Positions 9,250 through 18,599 of a DNA stretch of 64,000 bases are shown one piece after another. The stretch covers positions 832 to 64,831 of the forward strand of contig DAIMDW010000026.1 of NCBI GenBank assembly GCA_036725605.1, written 5' to 3'. The position numbers and the translations under genes were made by a program. How positions within the stretch are numbered: position 1 is the stretch's first letter; each line of letters starts with the position of its first letter. The notes beneath the pieces were generated by a model, which had not been told where the DNA came from, ran no database searches, and saw only the letters and a list, made by a program, of their open reading frames with translations. The DNA comes from a bacterium. GTDB lineage: Bacteria; Lernaellota; Lernaellaia; Lernaellales; Lernaellaceae.

Positions 9250-9708
9250 ATGGCCAAAGGCGAAAAGACGATCGCGGTCAACCGCAAAGCGGGATTCAAC
9301 TACGAGCTGCTCGACCGTTTCGAGGCCGGGCTGGCGCTGGTGGGCACCGAGGTCAAAGCGCTGCGCGAAGGGCGCTGCAACCTCTCGGACGGCTACGTGG
9401 ACATCCGCAACGACGAGGCCTGGCTGATCGACGTGAACATCAGCGAGTACTCGCACGGCAACCGCGAAAACCACGACCCCAAACGACCGCGCAAGCTGCT
9501 GCTGCACAAGCGGGAAATCATGCGGCTCGCCACCAAGATCCTCGAACGCGGCCTGACCTGCGTGCCGCTGCGCCTCTACTTCACCGAAGGCCGCGCGAAA
9601 ATCGAAGTCGCCCTCGCCCGCGGCAAACAAAAAGGCGACAAACGCGAAACCATCCGCCGCCGCCAGGAAGAACGCGAAATGGAACGCGACATCAAGGGCC
9701 GCCGATAA
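9250..9708 (+). CDS. smpB: SsrA-binding protein SmpB.
   Basis: MAKGEKTIAVNRKAGFNYELLDRFEAGLALVGTEVKALR... is a canonical SmpB sequence. It starts 3 nt after the upstream stop. Confidence 0.95.
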   Translation: MAKGEKTIAVNRKAGFNYELLDRFEAGLALVGTEVKALREGRCNLSDGYVDIRNDEAWLIDVNISEYSHGNRENHDPKRPRKLLLHKREIMRLATKILERGLTCVPLRLYFTEGRAKIEVALARGKQKGDKRETIRRRQEEREMERDIKGRR

Positions 9709-9740
9709 AGCAGGATCTGCCACCCCGACGGAGAAAAGCG

Positions 9741-10400
9741 TCAGCGCAACGATTGGCCTGTCCACCATAGTTTTAGCGGAGAAGGAAGGGATCCCTTTCC
9801 GACACCCACGAAATTTTTCCCGACTTCCAAATCGGGACACCCGGAGCCGACAAGCCCCGCAGGGGCGACTGGTATGCCGCCCTCATCCCCGACCCTTCTC
9901 CCACGGGGAGAAGGGAGACCGGGTTGCCTATTTTTAAAAATGCGGGGACACGAAGGAATCGAGTCCCCGATTTTTTCTACCCTCGCCCTCTGGGAGAGGG
10001 TCGGGCGCAGCCCGGGGTGAGGGATTGCCTTCCCGACTTTCGAATTGGAACACCCTGAGCCCCGGAGGGGCGACTGGTCAGTAGCGAAGGGCGGCAGCCC
10101 TGGAAACTGCGACCTACCCAGAACCAACAAGCCCCGGAGGGGCGCAGGAATCTTTGACAATTCGCATCAGATCGGCCACGGCGACTTGCGTATGCGTTGA
10201 AAACGATCGGCTGTTCCGCCGGAGGCGAACATCGCTTGCACCCCTGCGGGGTTTGCTTGAATTTGCCTCGTCTGATTCCAGGGCTAAAAGCCCTTCGCTA
10301 TTGACCTGCGCCCTGCGGGGTGGAAGATCCTGCGCGGAAGTTCATTTCAACGTCACCCGTTTTTTCTTCTCGGAACACCCTAAATCAAAATCGCCTTAGA
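9741..10400. repeat. Dense intergenic repeat cluster with several families, including a nested inverted-repeat element.
   Basis: Contains the hairpin gcggggacacgaaggaatcgagtccccg, a family-B copy and the unit gacttccaaatcgggacaccc...ccccgcaggggcg. The inverted pair 10079–10103 (cagtagcgaagggcggcagccctgg) and 10271–10296 (ccagggctaaaagcccttcgctattg) flanks an about-170-bp core. Listed ORFs here such as 9741..10160 are spurious. Confidence 0.75.
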
Positions 10401-10502
10401 CACTTACGTTAATGGTGTTGATGTCAAAAGCGCGACGATTGGAAGGATGCCTTTTCATCTGTTGGGGCAGAGATCATCATTTTCGATTGTTTTTTTAACA
10501 TA

Positions 10503-10551
10503 GAAAAACCCGCCACATTTGAGCTTGCTCCCGAAGGCGCAGAGGCTTGGC
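10503..10551 (-). terminator. Rho-independent terminator for the AT-rich gene, on the minus strand.
   Basis: Minus-strand reading is cccgccaag...tggcggg followed by tttttc, immediately 3' of the CDS end at 10592. Confidence 0.5.
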
Positions 10552-10591
10552 GGGTATGCTGGGTAAACGTTATAGAATTTTGATAATTCTG

Positions 10592-11317
10592 TCAATTATT
10601 ATCTCCATTATTCTGAATTAATTTTTTTAAATGGTAGTATAAAGGAGTTAACTGCCCTTCAGAGTCTAGCGGACCCATATATTTCCCAGCAAATATTTCA
10701 TAGCACCCTGTTCTTACGATACGAAAAAATAAGCTATCAATTTCATTTTCTGGTATATCAAGTTTAATCTTCAAATCATTTTTAAATTCACCCCAAATAA
10801 CATGTGATCGTTGAGCGTCATTTAGTAATTTATAATCTGTCAATCCATTATTTGGCTCTCTCGGATATTTTATTTTATAAACAGTTTCCGCCCTTGCTTG
10901 CCATTCATCAAGAAGAAAAAGTATGGTCAATTCACGATAGGATAAATCGTCAAGTATCGAAAGATAATCTTCAAACTCATTGACATCATTGATTAGATTT
11001 TCTACGACACTTGAAGAAAGAAGACGTGCAAAAAATCTGATTTTTTCACGTCTACGAGTATGAAGAACCGCTTGTATCGTTTTCATAAAACAGTGAAGAA
11101 AATCCTCTGACTCAATCAATTCTGGAGTTAAGTCAACGTTATTATTTATTAACTCGTCTAAAAACGCTTCAATCCGCTCTCTTGCTATTGTGTCTAATCG
11201 TGATGTTAACCATGCATCGATTGATGATGTGATTGGGAAAAAGGCCATAATTGCTTTTACCCAAGGGTTATCAGTGGGATATTTTTGAAGAAGTTTATCA
11301 AGAGCATCAATCATCAT
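10592..11317 (-). CDS. Hypothetical cytoplasmic protein encoded by an AT-rich island.
   Basis: 241-aa ORF in a roughly 1-kb stretch whose base composition is far more AT-rich than the flanks. No recognisable catalytic motif. It has its own terminator. Confidence 0.6.
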   Translation of the reverse strand: MMIDALDKLLQKYPTDNPWVKAIMAFFPITSSIDAWLTSRLDTIARERIEAFLDELINNNVDLTPELIESEDFLHCFMKTIQAVLHTRRREKIRFFARLLSSSVVENLINDVNEFEDYLSILDDLSYRELTILFLLDEWQARAETVYKIKYPREPNNGLTDYKLLNDAQRSHVIWGEFKNDLKIKLDIPENEIDSLFFRIVRTGCYEIFAGKYMGPLDSEGQLTPLYYHLKKLIQNNGDNN

Positions 11318-11420
11318 TTTTACCCTCCATAGCCCAGCTGACTATCTATGAATTATATTATTCTGGGTAGCATTTACTTTTATATAAAATTCCAGAAAGT
11401 TCTTAAAAAATCCAGCCCCC

Positions 11421-12560
11421 CTACGCCACGGTTTTCCTGAACCGGGCGGAGGCCAGCGCGAAGACGAGGGCGCCGACGGCGAACAGCAGGTAGAACTGCG
11501 GCGCGAGGGTGTAAAAGTCCATGCCCTTGAGGATCACGCCGCGCACGATCACCAGGTAGTAGCGCAGCGGGTTGAGGTAGGTCAGGTACTGCACCGCCAC
11601 GGGCATGTTGGCGATGGGAAACATCAGCCCCGACAGCAGCACGGCGGGCATGATGATCAAAAACGACACGAAAATCGCCTGCTGCTGCGTCTGCGAAATC
11701 GTCGAGATGAACAACCCCATGCCCAGCGTGGTGAACAAAAAGACCGCCGTGGCGAAGTACAGCAAGCCCACCGAGCCGCGCAGCGGCAGTTCGAAATGCC
11801 CGACGGCGACCACGAGGATGAACGTCACGTCGATCAGCCCCAGGATGGCGAAGGGCAGCATCTTGCCCGCCAGCAACTGCCACGGCTTGATCGGCGTGAC
11901 CACCAGTTGCTCCATCGTGCCCACCTCGCGCTCGCGCGTGACGGCCATCGAGGTCAGCATCATCGTGATCACCATCAAAATCATCGCCAGCACGCCGGGC
12001 ACGAAAAAGTTCACCGACTTGAGTTCGGGGTTGTAACGGAAGCGCGTTTCGGCCTCGACGACCGGCAGCGGCCGCGCCGCCCCGCCGAGTTTCGCGCTGA
12101 CCATCCGCATGCGTGCGGCGATTTGGTCCTGCGCGTACGAGAAGAAAATCTTGCTCAGATACCCCGCGCCGATCTGCGCCGAGTTGGATTCCGCGCCGTC
12201 GACCAGCACCTGCATCGTCGCCTGCCGTCCGCGCGCCATGTCGGTGGCGAAGCCGGCGGGAACCACCAACACGATGTCGGCCAGGCCGTGCACCAGCGCG
12301 CCCTGGATGTCCGCGTCGCTTTCGGCCGCGCCCGCGTCGATGAAATACCCCGAGTTGAAAATCGCCCGCTGCAACTCGCGACTTTCGGCGCTGCGGTCCA
12401 GATCCATCACCGCGAGATTGATATTGTTGACGTCGGTGGTCAGCGCGTAGCCGAACAGGAACAACTGCAAAATCGGCGCGATGAAGATGATCGCGAACAT
12501 GCGCGGGTCGCGGAACACCTGAATGAATTCCTTGCGCGTGATGTAAGCGATGCGTCCCAT
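11421..12560 (-). CDS. ABC-2 family transporter permease.
   Basis: MGRIAYITRKEFIQVFRDPRMFAIIFIAPILQLFLFGYAL... is the typical YhhJ/YbhR-type ABC-2 permease start. It has about 6 TM helices and is the last gene of the efflux operon. Confidence 0.85.
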   Translation of the reverse strand: MGRIAYITRKEFIQVFRDPRMFAIIFIAPILQLFLFGYALTTDVNNINLAVMDLDRSAESRELQRAIFNSGYFIDAGAAESDADIQGALVHGLADIVLVVPAGFATDMARGRQATMQVLVDGAESNSAQIGAGYLSKIFFSYAQDQIAARMRMVSAKLGGAARPLPVVEAETRFRYNPELKSVNFFVPGVLAMILMVITMMLTSMAVTREREVGTMEQLVVTPIKPWQLLAGKMLPFAILGLIDVTFILVVAVGHFELPLRGSVGLLYFATAVFLFTTLGMGLFISTISQTQQQAIFVSFLIIMPAVLLSGLMFPIANMPVAVQYLTYLNPLRYYLVIVRGVILKGMDFYTLAPQFYLLFAVGALVFALASARFRKTVA

Positions 12561-12569
12561 GAGAGGCTC

Positions 12570-13700
12570 CTACAGCTTCTTGCGAAAACGCGCGTTGGCC
12601 AGCGCCATGACCGCCACGGCGAACACGATCAAAAACGCCGTCGGCCGAATCAAATCCGTCGCCGGCTGCGCCTTGAGCATGATCCCCCGCGTGATGACGA
12701 TGAAGTACCGCGCCGGCACCGCGTAGGTGATCGCCTGCACCCACGCGGGCATCGACTTGATCGGGAACATGAATCCCGACAGCAACATGCTCGGCAGCAT
12801 CGTGGTCAGCACGACGATCTGGTTGGCCAGCAGTTGGTTGCCCGCGACCACGCTGGCCAGCAGGCCGATCGACAAACCGGCCGCGGCGAAGATCAACGCG
12901 GTGATCGCGAACAGCAGCACACTGCCGGCGAAGGGCACGCCGAACACGGCCACGCCCGTCACCGCGATCAGCACGCAGTCCAGCAGTGAGATCACCAGGT
13001 ACGGAATCATCTTGCCGATCAGAATTTCGTGGCGGCGCACCGGCGTGGCGATCAGCCCTTCCAGGCTGCCCATCTCGCGTTCGCGCACCACCGTCAGGCT
13101 GGTCAGCAGCGCGGCGATGACCATCATGATCACCGCGATCAGCCCGGGCACGATCGTCTTGGTGCTGTCCAGATCCTGGTTGAACCAGATGCGCATGCGC
13201 ACGTCAACCGGCGGAATGCCGTCGGTGGGCAGCCCGGCCGCGCCCAGCGCGTCGCTCACGCGATCCATGTTGAACGACGCCAGAATCGCGTCGACGTAAC
13301 CCGAGGCGATCGTCGCCGAATTCGATTCGCTGCCGTCGAACATCACCTGAATCTTGTCGCCCGCGTAGCGCTCCATGTTCTTGGCGAAGCCCTCCGGAAT
13401 CGCCAGGGCGATCTGCGCCTGCTCGCGGTCCAGCAGCTCGGGCAACTGCTGCGGATGATCGACCGTGCGCACGATTTTGAAATAGCCGCTGGAGGTGAAG
13501 CGGTCGATCAACGCGCGGCTGTAACTCGTTTGATCCTCGTCGGCCACGGCCAGCTTGAGGTCGCGAATGTCGAAGGTGATCGCGTAGCCGAACAACAGCA
13601 ACAAAATGATCGGCAGCACGAAAGCCAGCGCCAGCGTGCGCCAGTCACGCAGGATGTGCAGCGTTTCCTTGCGGGCGATGGCGGGAATGCGGCTGTTCAT
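12570..13700 (-). CDS. ABC-2 family transporter permease.
   Basis: MNSRIPAIARKETLHILRDWRTLALAFVLPIILLLLFGYAITFD... is a paralogue of the downstream permease. Its ATG overlaps the upstream ATPase stop (ATGA). Confidence 0.85.
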   Translation of the reverse strand: MNSRIPAIARKETLHILRDWRTLALAFVLPIILLLLFGYAITFDIRDLKLAVADEDQTSYSRALIDRFTSSGYFKIVRTVDHPQQLPELLDREQAQIALAIPEGFAKNMERYAGDKIQVMFDGSESNSATIASGYVDAILASFNMDRVSDALGAAGLPTDGIPPVDVRMRIWFNQDLDSTKTIVPGLIAVIMMVIAALLTSLTVVREREMGSLEGLIATPVRRHEILIGKMIPYLVISLLDCVLIAVTGVAVFGVPFAGSVLLFAITALIFAAAGLSIGLLASVVAGNQLLANQIVVLTTMLPSMLLSGFMFPIKSMPAWVQAITYAVPARYFIVITRGIMLKAQPATDLIRPTAFLIVFAVAVMALANARFRKKL

Positions 13701-14656
13701 CGCGCGCGCCCTCCCTCGGCGGCGATGCGCCGGTCTTCGCGTTCGATCAAGTGAATGAACGCGTCTTCCAAGCTGGCGCGGATCGTCCGTACGCGCGCGT
13801 CATGCCACCCGGCCTCGCGCACCAGCGCCCGCACACGCTCGGTCGCGTCGGCGCCGTTGTCGATCAGCACGTGGCTGACCAGGCCGAAAATCTGCGCCTG
13901 CTTGATCAGCGGCGCTTTTTCCACGCGGGCGACGACCTCGGCCGGCGGCGGGCCGCTGATTTCCAGCATCGTGCCGGCGATGATGTCGGTGACCAGTTCG
14001 CGCGGCGACGCCTCGGCGATCTTGCGCCCGCTGTAAATGAGAATCAGCCGGTCGCAGTGCTCGGCCTCGTCCATGTAGTGCGTGGTGACGAACACCGTCA
14101 CGCCCTGTCGCCGCAGCTCGGCGATCAGATCCCAGAAATCGCGGCGGCTGGCCGGATCGACGCCGGCGGTCGGCTCGTCCAGAAAGATCAACCGCGGTTC
14201 GTGCATGATCGCCGCGCCCAAGGCCAGGCGCTGTTTGACGCCGCCCGACAGATCGCCGGTCAGGCGATGCTCCGCGCCGGTCAGCCCGGCCATCTTCACC
14301 GCGAAGGCGATGCGCGCGGCCTTTTTCGCGCGCGGAATGCGGTAGATGCCCGCGTAAAATTCCAGGTTCTGGCGCACGGTCAGATCGGCGTAGAGCGAAA
14401 AACGCTGGCTCATGTAGCCGATGTTTTCCTTGATCTTGTCCACCTCGCGGCGCAGGTCGAAGCCGATCACCTCGGCCTCGCCCTCGGTCGGCGCGAGCAG
14501 GCCGCACAGCATGCGGATGGTCGTGGTCTTGCCCGCACCGTTGGGGCCCAGGAAGCCGAAGACCGACCCGGCCGGCACCTCGAACGACACGTTATCCACC
14601 GCGGTGAATTCGCCGAAGCGCCGCACCAGATTGCGCGCGGTAACCGCCGTGGTCAT
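13697..14656 (-). CDS. ABC transporter ATP-binding protein.
   Basis: Walker A GPNGAGKTTT, signature LSGGVKQRLALG and Walker B LIFLDEPTAGVD. The start MTTAVTARNL at 14656 overlaps the upstream ATPase stop. Confidence 0.9.
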   Translation of the reverse strand: MTTAVTARNLVRRFGEFTAVDNVSFEVPAGSVFGFLGPNGAGKTTTIRMLCGLLAPTEGEAEVIGFDLRREVDKIKENIGYMSQRFSLYADLTVRQNLEFYAGIYRIPRAKKAARIAFAVKMAGLTGAEHRLTGDLSGGVKQRLALGAAIMHEPRLIFLDEPTAGVDPASRRDFWDLIAELRRQGVTVFVTTHYMDEAEHCDRLILIYSGRKIAEASPRELVTDIIAGTMLEISGPPPAEVVARVEKAPLIKQAQIFGLVSHVLIDNGADATERVRALVREAGWHDARVRTIRASLEDAFIHLIEREDRRIAAEGGRAR

Positions 14657-15570
14657 GACGACCCCTCCACCCGTGACAGGAACACGTCCTCGAAATTCGG
14701 CCGCCCCGGCTCGATGCTGCGAAACGCCACGCCCGCTTCGCTCAACGTTTGGCCGATCGTCTCGGGCGCGGTGCCCGGGCGGCAGGCAACCTTGAGCGCA
14801 TCGCCGGCCGGGTAGCTGCGTAGCGCGCACTGCTGTTGCGCCAGCGCCGCGCGCGCGCCGTCGTAATCGTCGGTGAGCACCTCGAACAGCGCCTCGTCGA
14901 AACCGGCGAGAATCGCCTGCGGCCGGTCGGTCAGCAGAAAACGCCCGTTGTGAATCAAGCCGACGCGATGGCAGCGCTCGGCCTCGTCCATGTACGGCGT
15001 GCTGACCACGACCGCCACGCCCTCGGCGGCGAAGGCGTACAGGATCTCCCACAGCTCACGACGCGACAGCGGGTCCACGCCGGTGGTCGGCTCGTCCAGC
15101 AGCAACAATTTGGGCGTGTGAATCATGCAGCACGAAAGCGCCAGTTTCTTGTACATGCCGCCCGAGAGCTTGCCCGCCGGGCGTTTGGCGTAGGGCTCCA
15201 GCCGCGAAAAGGCGAACAGCCGCGCCAGCCTTTCCCGGCGGTCGGCGCGCGAAACGAAATGCATATCGGCGAAGAAACGCAGGTTCTCCTCGACGGTCAG
15301 GTCGCCGTAGAGGCTGTATTGTTGCGGCATGTAGCCCAGCAGTTCGCGCGCCTGGTCCGGCCGCTTGTGCACGTCCAGCCCGGCGATGCTCGCCTCGCCC
15401 TCGTCGGCGTCCAGCAGGCCGACCAGCAACCGCAGCGTCGTCGTTTTGCCCGCGCCGTCCGGCCCGATCAGGCCGAAGATCTCGCCCGGCTCGACCTGCA
15501 AATCGATGCCGGCCACGGCCTCGATGTCGCCGAAGCGTTTGTACAGGTTGGCGGCGGACAGCAGACTCAT
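14653..15570 (-). CDS. ABC transporter ATP-binding protein.
   Basis: Walker A GPDGAGKTTT, signature LSGGMYKKLALS and Walker B LLLLDEPTTGVD. The start is MSLLSAANLYKRFGD. Confidence 0.9.
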   Translation of the reverse strand: MSLLSAANLYKRFGDIEAVAGIDLQVEPGEIFGLIGPDGAGKTTTLRLLVGLLDADEGEASIAGLDVHKRPDQARELLGYMPQQYSLYGDLTVEENLRFFADMHFVSRADRRERLARLFAFSRLEPYAKRPAGKLSGGMYKKLALSCCMIHTPKLLLLDEPTTGVDPLSRRELWEILYAFAAEGVAVVVSTPYMDEAERCHRVGLIHNGRFLLTDRPQAILAGFDEALFEVLTDDYDGARAALAQQQCALRSYPAGDALKVACRPGTAPETIGQTLSEAGVAFRSIEPGRPNFEDVFLSRVEGSS

Positions 15571-15572
15571 GG

Positions 15573-16442
15573 TCACTCCGTCGCGAAGCGGGCGTCGACG
15601 GGCATGCCGATCTTGAGCACGCCGTCGGGATTGTCCACGCGCACTTTGACCGCGTACACCAGCCGCACGCGTTCCTCGCGGGTCTGCACGTTCTTGGGCG
15701 TGAACTCGGCCTGCTCGGCGATGGTCGCCACCGCGCCGGTGAACGGCTGGTTGGGGAAGCTGTCGGTGTACAACAGCACCTGTTGGCCGAGCCGGATCTT
15801 GCCGAGCATCGGGCCGGGCACGTAGATCTTCACTTCCATCACGCTCAGATCGGCGAGGGTCATCAGCGCCGAACCGGGGAAGACCGTTTCGCCGGGCTCG
15901 ACGTGCCGGCGCACCACCGTGCCCGCCAGCGGCGCGGCGATCGTCGCGTAGCTCAACTGCGTTTCGGCCAGTTGAATCGCCGCCTCGGCCTGCCCGACCT
16001 GCCGCGCAACCACGCCCTTTTGCGCCCGCAGCGAATCGCGCTGGGCGTCGAGGGTGTCGAACTGCATCTCGGTGGCCGAGCCGGTGGCCAGCAGTTTCTT
16101 CGTGCGATCCAGGTTGGAATCCACGCCCTTGAGCCCGGCGTTGAGCACCGCCTGCTGGCTGGCCGCCGCGCGCGAAGCGGCCTGGGCCTGCGCCAGTTGC
16201 GCCCGATAGACCTTGTCGTCGATGCGCGCCAGCAACTGCCCGGCCTCGACCGCGTCGCCCTCGTCGACGGTCAGTTCGACGAGCTGCCCGGCCAACTGCG
16301 CGCTGATCACCGTCTCGGTCGCCTCGATGGTGCCGTAGAAGGTGTCGTCCAGGCGCGCTTCCTGCCGCTGCTGCCACACGCGATAGCCGAAGTAGCCGAA
16401 CAACGAAAGCACCACCAACAACGGTACGATGCGACGAGCCAT
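15573..16442 (-). CDS. HlyD-family membrane-fusion (periplasmic adaptor) protein.
   Basis: N-terminal TM anchor, coiled-coil region (QLAQAQAASRAAASQQ) and a C-terminal beta-barrel typical of HlyD/YbhG. Confidence 0.9.
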   Translation of the reverse strand: MARRIVPLLVVLSLFGYFGYRVWQQRQEARLDDTFYGTIEATETVISAQLAGQLVELTVDEGDAVEAGQLLARIDDKVYRAQLAQAQAASRAAASQQAVLNAGLKGVDSNLDRTKKLLATGSATEMQFDTLDAQRDSLRAQKGVVARQVGQAEAAIQLAETQLSYATIAAPLAGTVVRRHVEPGETVFPGSALMTLADLSVMEVKIYVPGPMLGKIRLGQQVLLYTDSFPNQPFTGAVATIAEQAEFTPKNVQTREERVRLVYAVKVRVDNPDGVLKIGMPVDARFATE

Positions 16443-16446
16443 GATC

Positions 16447-17823
16447 CTACCTCCCGATGACCGACAGATCGCCGGTCGCCGCCGCCAGGTTCACCCGGGC
16501 GACACGATAGTCGTACAACGCCTTGAGATGCGCCACCTGCGCCGCCGTCGCGGCCAGTTGCGCGTCGATCACTTCCAGGCTGGTCACCGCGCCGGCCTTG
16601 TAGCTGTCCTCGGCGATAATCAGCATTTGCGCCGCGCGATCGAGGTTGTTTTTCGTCTCCACGATGCGCACGCGCGCCTCATCCTGATCCAGCAGCGCCT
16701 GCTCGACCTGCGTGCGCACGTCGGCCGCGACCTGCGAGCGCTGACGGTTGGCCGTTTCGGCCTGCGCCTGCGCGCGCTTCATCCCGCGATACCCCTGCAG
16801 GCCGTCGAACAGCGGAATCGACACGCCGACGCCCACCGTCCAGTTCGTTTCCCAATCGTCGTTCATGTAATACGGCTTCGAGTACCCGTAGGAGCCCATG
16901 AGCATCACCGCCGGCAACATCGAACCGCGCCGGGCCAGCGCCTGATCCTCGTTGGCGTCCGCGCTGAGCCGGTACGCGTCCAACTCCGGCCGCTGCGCCA
17001 GCGCCCGCGCGTGATAATCGGACTGTGCGTCGGCGGCGGTGGGTTCGACCAGCTTGTCGGTCAGCGTCAGCGACGCGTCGGCGGGCAGCCCCGTGGCGCG
17101 GCTGAGCATTGTGCGCGCCAGTTGCACGTTTTTATCGGCCTCGGTCGCCTGCGGTTCGAGATTGGACACCTCGACCTGCGCGCGCAGCAGCTCGAACTTG
17201 GTCGCCGCGCCGTACTGGTAGCGGTTCTCCACGTGCTTCAGATGCTCGCGCGCGTTGGCCAGCGCCTCGTGCTGCGCCGTCGCCACCTGTTGGGCGATCA
17301 ACACCCCCAGGTAAGCCTGCGCGGTCATCTGCGTGACCTTCAACCGCGCCGCCGCCAACTGGCTTTCGCCCGCCGCGACCGCCTTTTGCATCGCCCGATC
17401 CGCGTAATAGACCTGCCCCGACGCGAACAGAATCTGATTGAGCTTCAGTTGCGCCTGATAGTTGTCGTGGTAGCCCATATCGATTTTCTTGTTCACGGCG
17501 ATCGGCTCCATGCCCGGAATCGGCGTCTGCACCTTCATGTCGATTTCCATTTGCGGGATATTGTCGATGTACGTGTAGCCGCCTTCGAGCTTGAGATCGG
17601 GCAGGAAGTTCGCAAACACTTCGCCGCGCGCCTGCTCGAGTTCGTCGATCGACGAGGCGGCCACCTGCAGATCGGGGTTGTGGGCCAGCGCATAGTCGAG
17701 CGCATCGTTCATCGACCAGCTTACCGGTTCGGCCGCTTGAGCGGTCATGGTGATCAGCAAGAAGCCCAGCAGGCTCAACCAACCGACCAGTTCCGCATAA
17801 TGGCGGCGCACCCAGGTATTCAT
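16447..17823 (-). CDS. TolC-like outer membrane efflux protein.
   Basis: Signal peptide MNTWVRRHYAELVGWLSLLGFLLITMTAQA, then two OEP repeats (LDYALAHNPDLQ...; LEVIDAQLAATAAQ). The start was chosen at the in-frame Met that overlaps the TetR stop (ATGA). Confidence 0.85.
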   Translation of the reverse strand: MNTWVRRHYAELVGWLSLLGFLLITMTAQAAEPVSWSMNDALDYALAHNPDLQVAASSIDELEQARGEVFANFLPDLKLEGGYTYIDNIPQMEIDMKVQTPIPGMEPIAVNKKIDMGYHDNYQAQLKLNQILFASGQVYYADRAMQKAVAAGESQLAAARLKVTQMTAQAYLGVLIAQQVATAQHEALANAREHLKHVENRYQYGAATKFELLRAQVEVSNLEPQATEADKNVQLARTMLSRATGLPADASLTLTDKLVEPTAADAQSDYHARALAQRPELDAYRLSADANEDQALARRGSMLPAVMLMGSYGYSKPYYMNDDWETNWTVGVGVSIPLFDGLQGYRGMKRAQAQAETANRQRSQVAADVRTQVEQALLDQDEARVRIVETKNNLDRAAQMLIIAEDSYKAGAVTSLEVIDAQLAATAAQVAHLKALYDYRVARVNLAAATGDLSVIGR

Positions 17824-18431
17824 TTCTCTACTCCTTCGGATTCGGGCGACAACATGCCCGACCATAAGATTTTCATCAGGCTGGCGGCCATTTGATCCAT
17901 CGAGAGGCCCAGCTCGTTGGCGAAATCCGGACTGGCGATTCGGTTGAGGATGCCCTGGAGCAAGCGGGAGATGATTTCGGGATCCATATCGCGGCGCAAC
18001 GAACCGTCCGCCTGCCCGCGTCGGATCAGCCTGCCGATTTCTTCGAAAATCGACTGCCGGAAGGAAACGATGTTGTTCCATAGATCGGGCATCAGCGTCT
18101 GGATGTCGAACATCATCTGCGAGGACACCTGTTGGAAGACCTCGGTGGTGAGGATCTCGTAATGGTCTTTCAGGATCTGGCGCACCGGTTTGTCCGACTG
18201 CAGATTGCCCAGCAGCTTGGGGCCGGTGCCGCCCATGCGATCGATGACGATCGCCTCGACCAACGCGTCGCGGTTGGAGAAATACTTGTAGAAAGTTCGC
18301 TTACTTATGGCCACACCGGTGCAGATTTCCTCGACGGTGATGCGCCGAAAACCACGCTCGAAAAAGATGCGCATCGCGTAACTCATGATCCGTTGCCGGG
18401 TTTTTTCGCTGCGTGCCGTCTGCTGTGTCAT
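17820..18431 (-). CDS. TetR/AcrR-family transcriptional regulator.
   Basis: N-terminal HTH KTRQRIMSYAMRIFFERGFRRITVEEICTGVAISKRTFYKYFSNRDAL. It is the first gene of the efflux operon. Confidence 0.9.
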   Translation of the reverse strand: MTQQTARSEKTRQRIMSYAMRIFFERGFRRITVEEICTGVAISKRTFYKYFSNRDALVEAIVIDRMGGTGPKLLGNLQSDKPVRQILKDHYEILTTEVFQQVSSQMMFDIQTLMPDLWNNIVSFRQSIFEEIGRLIRRGQADGSLRRDMDPEIISRLLQGILNRIASPDFANELGLSMDQMAASLMKILWSGMLSPESEGVEK

Positions 18432-18446
18432 TTCCTTCTACCCTTT

Positions 18447-18476
18447 GTAAACGGTTTTCGCTTCATTCGTTTACAT
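18447..18476. promoter_or_regulatory. Candidate TetR operator, an inverted repeat.
   Basis: tgtaaacg-N14-cgtttaca is a perfect 8-bp inverted repeat lying 16 bp upstream of the tetR start codon. Confidence 0.35.
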
Positions 18477-18599
18477 TGTACACTTCGTTTCCGTCGTGTC
18501 AAGTATTTTTTTCGTTTTTCAAATCGGCATCCCTAAAACACCGGCCTCGCCGGGTTTTGCTCCTTGGTTCGCAGGAAAAAATGTCGGGAAAAGTCTCGG

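Noticed and set aside
9709-10160. tmRNA (ssrA) immediately downstream of smpB.
   Set aside because: I looked for the tRNA-Ala-like 5' GGGG... acceptor, a T-arm GGTTCGA(A/C)TCC and an ANDENYALAA-type tag frame, and found none. The region is made of REP-like repeats.
9741-10400. ORFs inside repeat clusters (9741..10160-, 10154..10399+, 18628..18987-, 20554..20924, 49112..49637, 55961..56250) as small protein genes.
   Set aside because: They are created by the repeat units themselves: the same peptide fragments recur at every copy, for example PHPGLRPTL and GCPGLGRHGDLPL. They have no RBS and sit on both strands of the same repeat.
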